DNA of 64,000 nucleotides from Octopus sinensis (lineage: Eukaryota): assembly GCF_006345805.1 (NCBI RefSeq), contig NC_043019.1, positions 11,717,360 through 11,781,359 of the forward strand, in the 5' to 3' direction. Made by a program: the position numbers and the translations under genes. The notes beneath the pieces are model-generated. The model did no database searches, had not been told where the DNA came from, and was given only the letters and a program-made list of their open reading frames with translations. Shown here one piece after another: positions 61,625 through 64,000 of the stretch. How positions within the stretch are numbered: position 1 is the stretch's first letter; every line of letters begins with the position of its first letter.

Positions 61625-63561
61625 CTAGCAGTATCGCCCGGCGTTGCTCGGGTTTGTAAGGGAAATAACTATATAAGCATTTTTAGAGAGTTATAGCCAA
61701 AAAATGCATTAAAAATGGAAAAAAAATGATGGTAATTTTTTTTTTAAATCGTTGACTCATCGTAGACATTTTTAGAGAGTTACTTCCCTTATATAATAGC
61801 GAAAAAATGCACTAAAATGGAAAAAATGATGGTAATTTTTTTTTTAAATCGTAGACTCATAGTAGATGCGCGCTAATACCCCGAAGGGCTCGATATGAAT
61901 CACGACTATAAGATACCCGAATTTGGTTAAACTGCACCGCAAAATGTGGGAGAAGTTAGGAATCTAAATCGTAGGAGACAGACACACAACTTCACTTTTA
62001 TATATAAAGATTTGTGCAGCAACTAAAACATTCGGTTGTGCAAATTGTTTGCACAGGAAACCTGCCCTGTGTGGCGGTTTTTGCCGTTTTTGTGGATCTG
62101 TTTCAGCTTTTTTAGCGATTTCTGTTTTGGCGACTTCAAGCCATGAAGTCGTTGTTCTAAAAGAACGCTGGTCTCCTTGACAACGCTTTACGACGTTGAT
62201 TTCCCTACCCTGCCTTCTCCACAGCTTCACGAGGAGGGAAGAAGGGGAGGAGCTACACAGGTGCAGGTGCGAGCATGAACACCAACGCCGCCACCGACAC
62301 ACGAAAAAATTGGAAGAAGCCAGACGACAGCTTCAGCCACCACCACCATCACCACTACCACCATGACCATCACCACCACCACCACCATCATCACCACCAC
62401 GACCACCAACAACACCACCACCACGACCACAAACACGACGACCACCACGACCACGACCACCATCACCACTACCAGCACCACCGCCACCATCATACTATGC
62501 CTCTGCTCTCTCCTTTTGGCTACTAAATCCGTTACCATATTTCACAAGAACCATCGCCATACAATATTGCCTTCAAAAGTTTGTGTTCGGATAACATCTT
62601 TTAGGTAAAAGTTGTGCAACAACTAAAGCATTCGGTTGTGCAAATTATTTGCACGGGAAACCTTCCCTGTGTGACGTGTTTCCCATTTCGTAGAATTTGC
62701 TTTCGGCTTTCTTAGCGATTTCTGTTTTGGTGTCTTCAAAACCATGAAGTCGTTGTTCTAAAAGAAGGCTGGTCTCCTTGACAACGCTTTACGACGTTGA
62801 TTTCCCTACCCTGCCTTCCCCACTGCTTCATGAGGGAGGGAAAAAAATATGCATTAAAATGGGAAAAAATTATGGTAAATTATTTTTAAAATCGTAGACT
62901 CATCGTAGACGCGCGCTAATACCCAGACGGGCTCGATATGAATCACGACTATAAGATACCTGAATTTGGTTAAACTGCACCGCAAAATGTGGGAGTAGTT
63001 AGGAATCTAAATCGTAGGAGACAGACACTCACACAACTTCACTTTTATATATATACTAGCAGTATCGCTCGGCGTTGCTCGGGTTTGTAAGGGAAATAAC
63101 TATATAAGCATTTTTAGAGAGTTACTTCCCTTATAAATTCGGGCTTTCTTAGCCATTTCTGTTTTGGTGTCTTCAAGCCATGAAGTCGTTGTTCTAAAAG
63201 AACGCTGGTTTCCTTAACAACGCATTACGACGTTGATTTCTTTACACTCCCTTCCCCACAGCTTCACGAGGGAGGGAAGGGGGAGAAGCAAACAGGTGCA
63301 GCTGTGAGCGTGGACGCCAACTCCGCCACTATCGACACACGATGCATTTTATGCATTAAAATGGAATAAAAAATGATGTTAAATTATTTTTAAAATCGTA
63401 GACTCATCGTTGACGCGCACTAATACTCAGACGGGCTCGATATGAATCACGACTATAAGCTACCCGAATTTGGTTAAACTGCACCGCAAAATGTGGGAGG
63501 AGTTAGGAATCTAAATCGAAGGGGACAGACACTCACACAACTAGAGTTTTATATATATAGA
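61625..63561 (-). mobile_element. Head-to-tail array of three related Helitron units (61625-62010, 62011-63055, 63056-63561)
   Basis: Shared 5' module (gtagactcatc...aggagacagacac..caact..ttttatatat) occurs three times; CTAG+hairpin ends at 61625 and 63056; a variable ~240-bp internal segment repeats at ~62012, ~62612 and ~63140. Confidence 0.78.
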
Positions 63562-63570
63562 TATATATAT

Positions 63571-63947
63571 AGGCGTAGAAGTGGCTGTGTGGTAAGTAGC
63601 TTGCTTACGAACCACATGGTTCTGGGTTCAGTCCCACTGCGTGGCACCTTGGGCAAGTGTCTTCTACTATAGCCTCGGGCCGACCAAAGCCTTGTGAGTC
63701 GATTTGGTAGACGGAAACTGAAAGAAGCCCATCGTATGTATGTGTGTGTATATGTTTGTGTGTCTGTGTTTGTCCCCCCAACATCACTTGATAACCGATG
63801 CTGGTGTGTTTACGTCCCTGTAACTTAGCGGTTCGGCAAAAGAGACAGATAGAATAAGTACTAGGCTTACAAAGAATAAGTCATGGGGTCGATTTGCTCG
63901 ACTAAAGGTGGTGCTCCTGCAGTCACATGACTGAAACAAGTAAAAGA

Positions 63948-63949
<2 letters not shown>
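63571..63949 (+). mobile_element. tRNA-derived SINE family A copy
   Basis: Same A/B-box head, body and gtaaaagagta tail as 35419-35822, in plus orientation. Confidence 0.85.
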
Positions 63950-63995
<46 letters not shown>

Positions 63996-64000
63996 TCAAA

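Noticed and set aside
63571-63645. tRNA-like sequences with A/B boxes (many copies)
   Set aside because: No complete cloverleaf or acceptor stem; each continues into a shared SINE body, so these are SINE heads, not tRNA genes.

Overview
AT-rich, microsatellite- and transposon-dense animal genomic DNA; the SINE/RTE/Helitron landscape suggests a coleoid cephalopod, most likely Octopus (inference). Protein-coding content: (1) a spliced minus-strand gene that the ORF track shows only in fragments. Twelve GT-AG exons between 22751 and 2044 encode signal peptide + Reeler + DOMON + cytochrome b561, i.e. an FRRS1/SDR2-like ferric-chelate reductase that runs off the left edge, with a 1-nt frameshift in coding exon 2. 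(2) A tandem cluster of three intronless, ~1130-aa CFAP57/WDR65-like genes on the plus strand (36834-40211, 46297-49701, 53669-57064). They share promoter and 3'UTR/polyA elements, show mosaic similarity suggesting gene conversion, and include a start-codon turnover and a C-terminal internal triplication. Non-coding highlights: six type-I hammerhead-ribozyme-like motifs of the minimal Penelope-associated kind. Two of them lie in the arms of a ~1.56-kb spacer-less palindrome (28513-30070) and three lie sense within FRRS1-like introns. Also present: a decayed Penelope-like RT, RTE, Gypsy and other LINE relics, Helitron-type non-autonomous elements (one head-to-tail array), a TTAGGG-containing fold-back element, a MITE with an 8-bp TSD, mariner-type MITEs and several tRNA-derived SINE families. 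Nearly all other ORFs in the track are microsatellite or repeat artefacts. All homology calls are from motif recognition by eye; no database search was run.
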